IMG/VR virus record: IMGVR_UViG_3300033516_000069
Span: 1-60,993 of that record
Length of the DNA: 60,993 nt
Reading direction: 5' to 3' (one strand)
Origin: a virus
Taxonomy: Duplodnaviria; Caudoviricetes
The translations under genes were made by a program, and so were the position numbers. The notes under the pieces are model-generated. The model worked only from the letters and a program-made list of their open reading frames with translations. It was not told the origin of the DNA and did no database searches. Of the stretch, positions 15,248 to 24,335 are shown piece after piece; position 1 is the first letter of the stretch, and every line of letters begins with the position of its first letter.

Positions 15248-15746
15248 CCGAGTTGTAACGAGATTTCACTCATGGGTTGACTCAAAGGGTCAGCAACGTG
15301 GAGAATACGTTTATGGTATTCATGAAGCGTACTACGACAAGAATGGTAAAGTAGTTGCAATAACTGAAGATGCAATAGAATGTCACGGTGAAACCGTATC
15401 TGAATTGCGTAGACACTGGTGCATGATGGCAGAAGCTTTTGGACAGCCTATATTGGATTATGATAAGATTCCAGAAGCGGGGCACGACACCGAAGATCCA
15501 TTGGTAGTGACATCCGATCTTACAAAAGAATTGGAAATGGAACATGCTGAATCGGAAACAGAAGAATTAGAAGAGAAAAACACTCTGTTTCCTGACTTCG
15601 ACCATGTTGCATATGAGAAAGAACAGCTTGAAGAGTTAAAGACAGCAGAAAAGAAACACGCCGATGATTTCGTTGGTATTCATCCATTGGAATCACTCGT
15701 TAACAAGATTTTAAGCGACTATCAAGAATCACGAAGAAAGAACTAA
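15234..15746 (+). CDS. hypothetical phage protein
   Basis: WN.RV...YGIHEAYYD motif. Confidence 0.75.
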   Translation: MGWNNRVVTRFHSWVDSKGQQRGEYVYGIHEAYYDKNGKVVAITEDAIECHGETVSELRRHWCMMAEAFGQPILDYDKIPEAGHDTEDPLVVTSDLTKELEMEHAESETEELEEKNTLFPDFDHVAYEKEQLEELKTAEKKHADDFVGIHPLESLVNKILSDYQESRRKN

Positions 15747-15748
15747 TC

Positions 15749-16042
15749 ATGCCATATATCAAAAAAGATGATCGCCCCAAGTTCAATGCTGCTGCAACCG
15801 AAATTGCAGGGAAAGCAGAATGTGCTGGCGACCTTAACTATGCTATCACGGTAATTCTTCATTCATATCTTAAGCGTAAGGGTGTCAAGTACGCCAACGT
15901 CAACGAGCTTATTGGTATGATGGAGTGTTGCAAGCTGGAACTTTACCGTAAGATCGGCGCTCCTTACGAGGATCTAAAAGTTACTCAGAACGGCGACGTT
16001 GAAGTGCTTACGCATGAAGATGTAATGGGGAAACAATACTAA
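15749..16042 (+). CDS. conserved phage hypothetical protein (MPYI...GDLNY...ELYR..APYED.K...NGDV family)
   Basis: Recognisable motif set. Confidence 0.8.
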   Translation: MPYIKKDDRPKFNAAATEIAGKAECAGDLNYAITVILHSYLKRKGVKYANVNELIGMMECCKLELYRKIGAPYEDLKVTQNGDVEVLTHEDVMGKQY

Positions 16043-16326
16043 TGTCGAGTATAGTTCTTACTTCCGAAAACAGAATCCTTGGACTTCCAGTAAGCCTGCC
16101 AGAGTTACACAAGGGCGAGAAAATAGTCGCAACAAATGCCGATATGGGTATGTTGTTTGTCGATGAATCTTCTGGTAAGGAAATTCTCAAGGACTATAAC
16201 GAAATTGATCCAGAAAATTTACCAGAAGGCTCTCCTATCTGTGTTCCGTATATTGAAGATTACAAGAACGCGAAGATAGAGGAATTGAAAGAGCAGATTA
16301 AAGAGTTCGAAGATTTAACCGATTAA
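16042..16326 (+). CDS. hypothetical protein
   Basis: TAATG coupling. Confidence 0.7.
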   Translation: MSSIVLTSENRILGLPVSLPELHKGEKIVATNADMGMLFVDESSGKEILKDYNEIDPENLPEGSPICVPYIEDYKNAKIEELKEQIKEFEDLTD

Positions 16327-16335
16327 GGAACAACT

Positions 16336-16746
16336 ATGACAGAACAACTCCGCGAAATCGTAACTGCATACCTTGTCATTAATGGCAGGGAACCAGTCAT
16401 TTTCTCTTCTAACGAAAACAAGGTAGATAAAATCATATCTATCGCTTCGAAGAAAAACATTACGTTAAAGAGACGTAAGATTACATCTAATCGTGAACGT
16501 GTCATGGAAATCGGAAAGAATTTCTTTGAACGCAAGACCCCCGACGAAGCTTATCGGACACCGGTCCAGTTCCGTAATAAGCTGATTAGTGAATGGCATG
16601 AAAATGTTGCACGACTTTCAGATACAATAAAGGTAGATGCATGTATATCGTGGGGCAAGATTTGCAAGAAATACAACGTCGAAGAATGTACCGTAGAGCA
16701 GTTCTCTACGTGGATGCTTGACATAAACGAATTTATCCTGTCATGA
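16336..16746 (+). CDS. hypothetical protein
   Basis: AAGGA RBS. Confidence 0.7.
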   Translation: MTEQLREIVTAYLVINGREPVIFSSNENKVDKIISIASKKNITLKRRKITSNRERVMEIGKNFFERKTPDEAYRTPVQFRNKLISEWHENVARLSDTIKVDACISWGKICKKYNVEECTVEQFSTWMLDINEFILS

Positions 16747-16976
16747 ATATAAACGAAGCAATAAAAACAATGAAAGAAAAGGTAACTGACCCAATCGCGG
16801 TCAAGTACCTTGAGAACATGTTTCAAGCCATCGAAGAAGGTGGTATGCGAGGCATGTGTGTACAACTTAAGTACATTATGGAGAATGTTAAATCCTGGCG
16901 TGGTGAAGAAGCCAGAGAGGTTAAAGCATTCGTTCGTCAATGGGTAGAGGACAAGGAGGCGACATTACGTGACTGA
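16743..16976 (+). CDS. hypothetical protein
   Basis: ATGA coupling. Confidence 0.7.
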   Translation: MNINEAIKTMKEKVTDPIAVKYLENMFQAIEEGGMRGMCVQLKYIMENVKSWRGEEAREVKAFVRQWVEDKEATLRD

Positions 16977-17286
16977 TGAAGCCCCAAAGACGGAACAGGA
17001 AAAGCCAAAAATAAAGCAGCCCAAGCAGCTTAAAATAAGCATGCTTCGCCCCAAGGATGAATTTCATCCAGGTGGTTTTCTATTTAAGATAATTGATAAC
17101 GACGGAACCACTGTCCTGAAAGAATATTGGGACATTGACAAGGGACTAGGTACGCAATTTTGTAGGAATTGGTTGAAGGTCCGTTCTGGTGAAGAACTTG
17201 ATTTTTATAAACCACCAGAGCCAACACCTAAAGTAGAAGCCGAACCGCCAAAGGAAAACAATGCCGAACCAAAACAAATGGGATAA
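16969..17286 (+). CDS. hypothetical protein
   Basis: GGAGG RBS, GTG start. Confidence 0.65.
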   Translation: MTDEAPKTEQEKPKIKQPKQLKISMLRPKDEFHPGGFLFKIIDNDGTTVLKEYWDIDKGLGTQFCRNWLKVRSGEELDFYKPPEPTPKVEAEPPKENNAEPKQMG

Positions 17287-17695
17287 TCTTTTTCTTAGCA
17301 TTGCAATCAATGTTTCGAAAATGAGTAAAGACCCAAGCACTAAAGTTGGGTCAGTTATAGTGACAAATGACAATAGACAATGTTCGTTTGGATATAACGG
17401 ATTCGCCTCTGGTATAGAAGAGAAAGAAGAGTATTGGAATAACAGAGAAATAAAATATGAAATGGTAATACATGCCGAAGAAAATGCTATTTTAAATTGT
17501 CCATTTGATATACGGGGATCTAAAATTTATATTACACATAAGCCTTGCCATAAGTGTTTGATACGATTATATCAAGCTGGAGTTGTTGAAGTGTATTATA
17601 TTAACGACTATATTAGGTCTACTCATTCACAGATATGGGATTTACATGCTAGTAAATTCAAACTTGTTAAACAGTTGAGCATTACTGACCAATAA
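17261..17695 (+). CDS. dCMP deaminase
   Basis: SKDPSTKVG, GYNG, HAEENA, PCHKC. Confidence 0.93.
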   Translation: MPNQNKWDNLFLSIAINVSKMSKDPSTKVGSVIVTNDNRQCSFGYNGFASGIEEKEEYWNNREIKYEMVIHAEENAILNCPFDIRGSKIYITHKPCHKCLIRLYQAGVVEVYYINDYIRSTHSQIWDLHASKFKLVKQLSITDQ

Positions 17696-17747
17696 AATAC
17701 ATTCTAATATGTATTTTAGAGTATAAATACATATTAGAGGAATTAAT

Positions 17748-18455
17748 ATGAAAATAACAACAAAGTCAATTAAACACGGTGATGTGATTTTTGAAATAGA
17801 CGATGAATGTTACGAAAATATAGAAGGGTGGAAATTAAGATGTATTGAAAATGGAAGTGGTCAAAAGTATCTTGAATTAAATAAGGTTGTTGGACCTGTA
17901 CGAATGGTTACGACATATCATCGTTATATTTTAAATTGTCCAGAAGATAAAGTCGTTGATCATATCAATGGTGATACATTAAATAATAGAATAAGTAACC
18001 TTAGAATCGCATCACAACAACAAAATTGTTGGAATAAAAGCAAATTAAGTACAAGAAAATGTCATTCTAAATATCTGGGCGTCACATGGGTTAAAGCAAC
18101 ATCTAAGTGGCAGGCTAGAATAGGAAATATATATTTAGGAAGATTTGAAAAAGAAGAAGATGCGGGCTTGGCATATGATACAAAAGCAAGAAAAATATAT
18201 GGCGAATATGCTAAACTTAATTTTCCTGATAGTCGCAACGAGATATGTGGTGTCATACGACAAAAGAAAACATCAAAATATAAAGGTGTTATATTTGATA
18301 AAAAAACAAGAAAATGGAGAGCGTCTGTAATGATAAACGGTAAAAGATATTCGGCTGGAAAATGTTTTATCACAGAAGAAGAGGCGGCTGCCGCATATAA
18401 TAACATGATTATACAATATAACGGAAGCCGCCATAAATTAATAAAAATTATTTGA
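17748..18455 (+). CDS. HNH endonuclease with AP2 DNA-binding domains
   Basis: VDHINGDTLNNRISNLR; SKYLGV..KWQARI..YLGRF..E.A..AYD; second AP2; TATAAATA 17722-17729. Confidence 0.92.
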   Translation: MKITTKSIKHGDVIFEIDDECYENIEGWKLRCIENGSGQKYLELNKVVGPVRMVTTYHRYILNCPEDKVVDHINGDTLNNRISNLRIASQQQNCWNKSKLSTRKCHSKYLGVTWVKATSKWQARIGNIYLGRFEKEEDAGLAYDTKARKIYGEYAKLNFPDSRNEICGVIRQKKTSKYKGVIFDKKTRKWRASVMINGKRYSAGKCFITEEEAAAAYNNMIIQYNGSRHKLIKII

Positions 18456-18460
18456 CGAAG

Positions 18461-18748
18461 TTATTCAGCTTTCCTGTGATCCCTGCGCTCCTGCCTAGCC
18501 TCGACGCGACCTTCGTGGCGCTTCTTGGCTTCTGCCATATGCTCCTTGAGTCTAGCAGCCATCTTTGGGTGGTCCTTCTTAAGCATAGCGAGAAGTGCTT
18601 CACGCTTGGCGTGAATAGCTTGACGCATATCCTTGATTTCGGATACCAGGGCTTGCTCTGGTGCGGTTAATGGATTCTTCCTCTCGGCTTCGGCGCTAAA
18701 AGCGGAAGCTGTAAGGCAGAGTATAATGGCAATGAAGAGTTTGTTCAT
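18461..18748 (-). CDS. small exported helical protein
   Basis: Sec signal peptide MNKLFIAIILCLTASAFSA; charged helical body. Confidence 0.75.
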   Translation of the reverse strand: MNKLFIAIILCLTASAFSAEAERKNPLTAPEQALVSEIKDMRQAIHAKREALLAMLKKDHPKMAARLKEHMAEAKKRHEGRVEARQERRDHRKAE

Positions 18749-18910
18749 GACTCGTTCCTTTCTACTATTATTTTATATAGATAATGGAAAATGCATATGT
18801 AGAATACAACGGCAACTTTTTTTAAAAGTTGCTTTTTGTGATTGAAAATCCTACACAAATAGGTTTGAACCTTTATAATCGATCCTCGTTTACCATTGTA
18901 GAGACACCAT

Positions 18911-20584
18911 ATGTCACCTAAACCCGCCGACCTAAAGGAGAGAGTTATGAGTATAATCAATTCTAAAACTGAAGAGGAACTTAATCAAGAGTTCCAAGAG
19001 ATTGACAAAATGATGGAAGAAGAAGATAGAAAACTTCGTAATAAAGGTATTTTAAGTTGGGTTACAAGTGCTGCCATGCATTTAACTATGTTGCTTCTCA
19101 TAGGCACCATAGCATTTACTATGGCGGAACCAGAGCAAGAAATACCACCAGTTCGTATCACTTCCATACCTATTCCTCCTATGAAAACACCAGAAGAGAA
19201 ACCAAAGGACAGAGAACTTATCGAAAAGATGGTTATTATGGAGTCCGAAACCGTTACAGATGCTCCTATTAATCCAATTACTGCTCTTGAGGAAATAGAC
19301 GAGATAGCATCAAGTGAAGATGATACCGAAACACCAACAGAGATGCGAAAGGGTAGAGAAGAAGCCAAAGCCGACTCTGAGTGGGGCGGTAATGCCTTTG
19401 TCGGTGTTATAGGTGTAGGTGGTCCTGCTGGCGGTATGTTTGGAAGTCGTACTGGTGGCGGTAAGGTCCGTGCCAGAGCTAAAATGGGTCCATCTGGTAA
19501 AAGCGCAGATGGTGCAACCGAAGCTGGTTTACGCTGGCTTAAGAAGCATCAGTCACCTAATGGTCAATGGAGTGCCACAAGATACTTCTCAAACTGCACC
19601 GATGCTATTAAATGTGAGCCTGGAGCAGATGCCAGTGGTGATGAAGATGCTGCGATGACGGGCTATTCTGTATTGTGCTTCCTTGGACAAGGTTACGATC
19701 ATAAGACACCTAATAAGTTCCGCCCAGTTGTAAAGAGGGGTATTGAATACCTCATATCCATTCAGAAACCAGATGGTTTGATTGGTGAAAGAAACTACGA
19801 GCATCCTGTAGCTACTATGGCACTTGTAGAGGCTTACGGTATGTCAAGTGATCCAGAGCTTCGCAAGCCTGCTCAACTTGCAGTTGATATGATATTGGCT
19901 CGCCAATCCAAACTCAAAGATGATGAATATTCAAGAATTGGTTGGGATTATGTCAAACCAAATGCCAAGAGGAACGATATTTCGGTAAGTGGTTGGAATG
20001 TCATGGCATTGAAGTCTGCCTTTGGTGCTGGATTTAATGTTGGAGAAGGTGTAACTGGAAGTAAGAATTTCCTTGAAGGTGCTTGGAAGGCAGCGAACCC
20101 AAATTGGGCAAAGCTATCAGATCCATATAAGGATAAGTCTATATTCCCTTATGTTTGGAATGCCGAAGCAAACACCTTTGAAAAAGAGCATCTAAGCTTC
20201 GTTGGAGCTACTTGTGCAGTATTCATGGGTCATCGTTCTGGTGATATTATGCTTGAATCGTTACTCAATGATGCCGAAGATCGTTGGGTAAAGAGTGGTG
20301 CATACAAGAAGAATAACTATGCGTCATACTATCTTTCACTTGCTCAGTTCCAAGCTGGCGGTGAAAGATGGAAGTTGTGTCTTGACACTATCATTCCATA
20401 TGCCATAGAGACTCAGAGAAAGACAGAGGACTGCTTTGACGGTTCTTGGGATTACCAAGGGCAGTCCTGGCACGGTGCCGACACTGGTAGAGTATTATCA
20501 ACGGTATACAATATATTGAACCTTCAAGTTGCTTATAGGTATGCTCAAGTAAATCCTGGCTTCAAGCTACCTAAAGCCAAGTAA
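18911..20584 (+). CDS. membrane-anchored prenyltransferase/squalene-oxidase-repeat (alpha/alpha barrel) protein, Planctomycete type
   Basis: TM SAAMHLTMLLLIG, acidic linker, Gly-rich stretch, GLRWLKKHQ..NGQW, GIEYL..IQ..DG, GWDY, GSWD; alternative start 18947. Confidence 0.85.
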   Translation: MSPKPADLKERVMSIINSKTEEELNQEFQEIDKMMEEEDRKLRNKGILSWVTSAAMHLTMLLLIGTIAFTMAEPEQEIPPVRITSIPIPPMKTPEEKPKDRELIEKMVIMESETVTDAPINPITALEEIDEIASSEDDTETPTEMRKGREEAKADSEWGGNAFVGVIGVGGPAGGMFGSRTGGGKVRARAKMGPSGKSADGATEAGLRWLKKHQSPNGQWSATRYFSNCTDAIKCEPGADASGDEDAAMTGYSVLCFLGQGYDHKTPNKFRPVVKRGIEYLISIQKPDGLIGERNYEHPVATMALVEAYGMSSDPELRKPAQLAVDMILARQSKLKDDEYSRIGWDYVKPNAKRNDISVSGWNVMALKSAFGAGFNVGEGVTGSKNFLEGAWKAANPNWAKLSDPYKDKSIFPYVWNAEANTFEKEHLSFVGATCAVFMGHRSGDIMLESLLNDAEDRWVKSGAYKKNNYASYYLSLAQFQAGGERWKLCLDTIIPYAIETQRKTEDCFDGSWDYQGQSWHGADTGRVLSTVYNILNLQVAYRYAQVNPGFKLPKAK

Positions 20585-20682
20585 TACAAAAGATAAACAT
20601 TTACAAATACGCAACCTCCTGTATAATTAACTTATATGGGAGGTTGCTGTGTTTAGAAGTATAAATATTTTCGGAGATATCT

Positions 20683-21201
20683 ATGGAATCAGATGACTTC
20701 AATGATATGCCTAAAGATACCATGATGGTTATCGGTGATATTGAGAAGTTTGTTGAATTTGTAGCATATAATTCTATCCGTAAAGCCGCTAGTAAGATAA
20801 TGTTTACATTATTCGGAAATAAGAAGTATGCTTCCAAAATCATTGAAAAGTATATTGCAAAATACAATAATTCTTTGAGGGAATTTGCTAAAGATGAGTC
20901 CACTAAGTACATTATCAAATCTATAAAAATTAATGACGAGGATGTAGATGATGGTTTATTGGATGAAATGGGGATCGCGGGTAGGATCAAACGCGGTGAT
21001 ATCGACCGGGTTGTTATCAGATCAACTAACGATATATTGTATAAAATACTTGTGAATATGTCAAATGATAAGCTTATCAAGTTGTGCTGGGATTCGGAAA
21101 ATGATGATTTCGTGTGGATGCTGCGTTCACCAAATGAACCAGATAAGGTTGAGACGAAGTATGTCAAAACTATTAAAAAGAAGATTAAAAAACAAAAATG
21201 A
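20683..21201 (+). CDS. hypothetical protein (paralogue of next gene)
   Basis: TATAAATA 20660-20667; C-terminal motif shared with 21239. Confidence 0.7.
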   Translation: MESDDFNDMPKDTMMVIGDIEKFVEFVAYNSIRKAASKIMFTLFGNKKYASKIIEKYIAKYNNSLREFAKDESTKYIIKSIKINDEDVDDGLLDEMGIAGRIKRGDIDRVVIRSTNDILYKILVNMSNDKLIKLCWDSENDDFVWMLRSPNEPDKVETKYVKTIKKKIKKQK

Positions 21202-21238
21202 TATAATACACTTATGAATATAGATATGGAAACAATGT

Positions 21239-21610
21239 ATGCTAGAGACATTTCAACGAATCGATAACCTTCCAGAATTTATTCATAATATAAAAAAGGA
21301 AGCGATTAAAACTTTCCTTGTGTCGTATAAAGATTCTGAAGTGTTTATAAGTAGGTTTGATGATAATCTCTTATCCGACGCCGATGTAGAATTTGAAATG
21401 CGACCTTATCTGACAATTAAAAATTATGGGTACTATATAGACCGGGAACATGTTGAACTTCTTCTAAAAGATGTATACAAGCAGCTTGTATACAGAATAT
21501 TGAATAAATTGGTAGATGCTGGGGTTTTAGAAATGTGCTGGGACGATAGTATCACTAACTTCATCTGGCGCAAGAAAAAATACGTAAGATTGAATAAAAT
21601 CAAAAGATAA
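21239..21610 (+). CDS. hypothetical protein
   Basis: YRILNKLVDAGVLEMCWD..F.W motif. Confidence 0.7.
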   Translation: MLETFQRIDNLPEFIHNIKKEAIKTFLVSYKDSEVFISRFDDNLLSDADVEFEMRPYLTIKNYGYYIDREHVELLLKDVYKQLVYRILNKLVDAGVLEMCWDDSITNFIWRKKKYVRLNKIKR

Positions 21611-21623
21611 TATAAATAGTATT

Positions 21624-21914
21624 ATGGGCTTTAAAGATTTTTATACAAACTACGAAACAAAGACTTCCTCGCCAAAGAGTCAGACGGACGAGGAAAAATT
21701 TTTTGAGGTGGTAGGGGTTAATATCAGTAATCTAAATGCATTTACGGCGTGGCTGGTGCTGAATGATAAAATAAAGCCATATGTGTTGGATGTGAGGACA
21801 GATCGCCCACATTCTTTATTTAATATGAACAGTAATAAGAAAATTCTTCATTTTGTACACTGTTTACCACAAATTAAGCAATTGGCAGAAGAATTTTCTA
21901 AAAAGTGGCAATAA
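21624..21914 (+). CDS. hypothetical late protein
   Basis: TATAAATA 21611-21618. Confidence 0.7.
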   Translation: MGFKDFYTNYETKTSSPKSQTDEEKFFEVVGVNISNLNAFTAWLVLNDKIKPYVLDVRTDRPHSLFNMNSNKKILHFVHCLPQIKQLAEEFSKKWQ

Positions 21915-21968
21915 AATAGTCCTTGAGATTTTATAATAAGCCTATATAATGGCTTAAGGACAAATTAT

Positions 21969-22166
21969 ATGTTACACATAATCCTAGTAATTGTGGCTGT
22001 AGTATGTCAACTTGTTTTGATGCTAATAGCCCTCTCTGGTATTAAATTCTATACTCTCAATTCAGAAGTCGAATCCGCTTCGTCTGACGCCACACGTTTA
22101 AAACTGATAACATTGGGTATGTTTACCCTCGCATGTTTATCCGTGGCTGCTATTTTAATATTCTAA
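21969..22166 (+). CDS. small two-TM membrane protein
   Basis: AAGGA RBS; two hydrophobic segments. Confidence 0.7.
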   Translation: MLHIILVIVAVVCQLVLMLIALSGIKFYTLNSEVESASSDATRLKLITLGMFTLACLSVAAILIF

Positions 22167-22176
22167 AAGGAACTAC

Positions 22177-22383
22177 ATGCAAAAAAAGTATACTACCGAT
22201 GACCTTCTTCATCTTACAAAGCTCCAACGATTCGGTAGCGAGGAAATGAACGCACTTGCTGCGTCGGCGTTCCTTCATATTCGTCGCCTGGAAGAAGAGA
22301 ACAAGCTTCTTCGTCAGGCGCTTGAAGATAAGAAAATTGAATTTTTCACTGTACAATCAGATGACGCCCAGGCACCGAACTAA
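22177..22383 (+). CDS. hypothetical protein
   Basis: AAGGA RBS; coiled segment. Confidence 0.65.
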   Translation: MQKKYTTDDLLHLTKLQRFGSEEMNALAASAFLHIRRLEEENKLLRQALEDKKIEFFTVQSDDAQAPN

Positions 22384-22395
22384 CAAAGAGAAATC

Positions 22396-23484
22396 ATGAC
22401 CGATACCGCTGTTCTTATTAAAGAATTGGTAACAAACATACGAAAGTTTTCAAGAGGTAATATTTACCTTTTTGGATCAACACTTCGTAACTTTTTAATA
22501 TGTGGTGTCGGCTCGTCACTTGATGTTGTGGTGAATGAAAAGGATAAACAAATACAAGCTGAGATCCTTGAAACCGTTTCTACATACACCGCTGCTAATT
22601 TTATTTTCAACTCGGATGTTGATTATAGTCACGAATTTTTCACCATAGATAACATCTACGCCAATATAGATGAGAATTTTGATGGGAGCTTGGAGATTCA
22701 GTCAACCAACAATGGTTTAGTTGATTTGAACAAAAGAATCATTAAGCTAACTAAAGCTGGTAAAGAGCGAGTTAAAGATTCCCCTGAGTTCATTCTCGAC
22801 ACCATAGCATTTGTTGCAAAGAATAAGTTTATTTTAGATGCTGGCGCTATTTCGTCGTTTATGCAACTTAGATCAAGAATCAAAACATGTTCTCCAGCAA
22901 GGCTATATAAGTTTGTAACGGGTATTGCCGGTTATGAACACCCGCGTAAGGTTATTTCACTCATCAACACCCTTGGTATATCTAAGGAACTGTTTAATAT
23001 CAATCTCACGGAAACATCATCGGTTAACCATTTGCGCGAAGAGGATTATTGTGAAATGGTTGCTATTGTTTTCTCAGATATGGAAAAAAATGAGCTACGA
23101 AAGTATCTTATTGGATTTCCGCCAAGAGAAATAGAGGCTATAAAAAATATTTCAACCGCAATAGAACTTATAGAATCAGAAGATGAAGTGACTGCTAGAA
23201 ATATTTTAAAAACGATAAATGGCTATCGTGTTCAAAACATGATACGTCTTTTATATGCACTAAAATTCAAAACTTTAGCTAAATTAGTCAGAGGTCAAAA
23301 AGATTGCGTATTTAACTTAAATAAGTTATGTATCGATGAATCCATAATACGCTCTACGTTTAAAATTGACAATGAAGAGAAGGTTAAGAAGATACTTGAC
23401 AAAGCGTTGCAGAAGGTTATATTGGAACCTGAATTCAATGAAAAGTATAAGATCCTTTCCTACCTCAATACAGAAAGAGAATAA
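22396..23484 (+). CDS. CCA-adding enzyme/poly(A) polymerase-family homologue with eroded active site
   Basis: YLFGSTLRNFL...SLDV, FFTIDN, GLVDLNKRII, RL..F, C-terminal IL..AL..V..EP..N. Confidence 0.72.
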   Translation: MTDTAVLIKELVTNIRKFSRGNIYLFGSTLRNFLICGVGSSLDVVVNEKDKQIQAEILETVSTYTAANFIFNSDVDYSHEFFTIDNIYANIDENFDGSLEIQSTNNGLVDLNKRIIKLTKAGKERVKDSPEFILDTIAFVAKNKFILDAGAISSFMQLRSRIKTCSPARLYKFVTGIAGYEHPRKVISLINTLGISKELFNINLTETSSVNHLREEDYCEMVAIVFSDMEKNELRKYLIGFPPREIEAIKNISTAIELIESEDEVTARNILKTINGYRVQNMIRLLYALKFKTLAKLVRGQKDCVFNLNKLCIDESIIRSTFKIDNEEKVKKILDKALQKVILEPEFNEKYKILSYLNTERE

Positions 23485-23485
23485 C

Positions 23486-23683
23486 ATGTCACGACCCCGC
23501 AAAATAGTCGCCGGCTTTAATATCGGTGATAAGGTTAAACTTACCACAAATCAATCGGCAGAGGGTGTTATAGTACATCGCCACTCAGTTGCTCCAAACG
23601 GAAGAGAGTGGAGTGTACATTGGTATAATATTTCACCTGGACGTGGTATATATAGTTCTACAGAGATTCAAAAATATTACTAA
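23486..23683 (+). CDS. small SH3/KOW-like protein
   Basis: FNIGDKVKL motif; ATG right after upstream stop. Confidence 0.6.
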   Translation: MSRPRKIVAGFNIGDKVKLTTNQSAEGVIVHRHSVAPNGREWSVHWYNISPGRGIYSSTEIQKYY

Positions 23684-23692
23684 GGATACTGA

Positions 23693-24250
23693 ATGGCAAA
23701 GCCACTGAAGAAAAAATATAAGTCACTTGATGACGATGATGACGTGACGAACCTTATGGAAGTTATAGAAACTATCGAAACGGAAAAAGAGGACGATGGT
23801 GAATTAACTCCCGGTGATGCCACTAACGATGATGGTGAAATTGTCGAAAAAGATGATGTTCAAGTATCGACTGTTGGTGCAGATGACACTATTTCCATAT
23901 CACTTACAAGTGTCAGGTCAAACCAGCCGCCGCCGAAAAATTGGGCTGATGGGATAAAAACAAAATTTTCTGTTGGTGATTTAGTTTATATAAAAGGAAC
24001 ACCCGCCAATATTTTTAAAGTGGCGGGACCACACATCAACCCACGAACATATGTTTTAAAACCATCTGGTATTGATAAAGTACACGATAATATTCACGAA
24101 GATAAGATAAAAAAAGCTCCGCCAGAAGCAAAATGGGTTGACTATTGGGATACAATAGTTGACCCATATAGGGACTGGAAAAGGAAACAGGAAGCTGCGA
24201 AATTAGTAGCCGAGAAGTCAAAGTCAACAAAATGTAAAAAGAAAAAGTAG
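23693..24250 (+). CDS. hypothetical protein, acidic N-terminus + SH3-like domain
   Basis: KFSVGDLVYI; AAGGA RBS. Confidence 0.7.
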   Translation: MAKPLKKKYKSLDDDDDVTNLMEVIETIETEKEDDGELTPGDATNDDGEIVEKDDVQVSTVGADDTISISLTSVRSNQPPPKNWADGIKTKFSVGDLVYIKGTPANIFKVAGPHINPRTYVLKPSGIDKVHDNIHEDKIKKAPPEAKWVDYWDTIVDPYRDWKRKQEAAKLVAEKSKSTKCKKKK

Positions 24251-24264
24251 GTGTGTCATACACC

Positions 24265-24294
24265 AAAAGCCCTAACATAAAAGTTAGGGCTTTT
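24265..24294 (+). terminator. intrinsic terminator
   Basis: AAAAGCCCTAAC/GTTAGGGCTTTT. Confidence 0.8.
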
Positions 24295-24335
24295 CTTTTG
24301 ACTTCTATTCCTATAATGGGAGCAGGAGCCATAAA

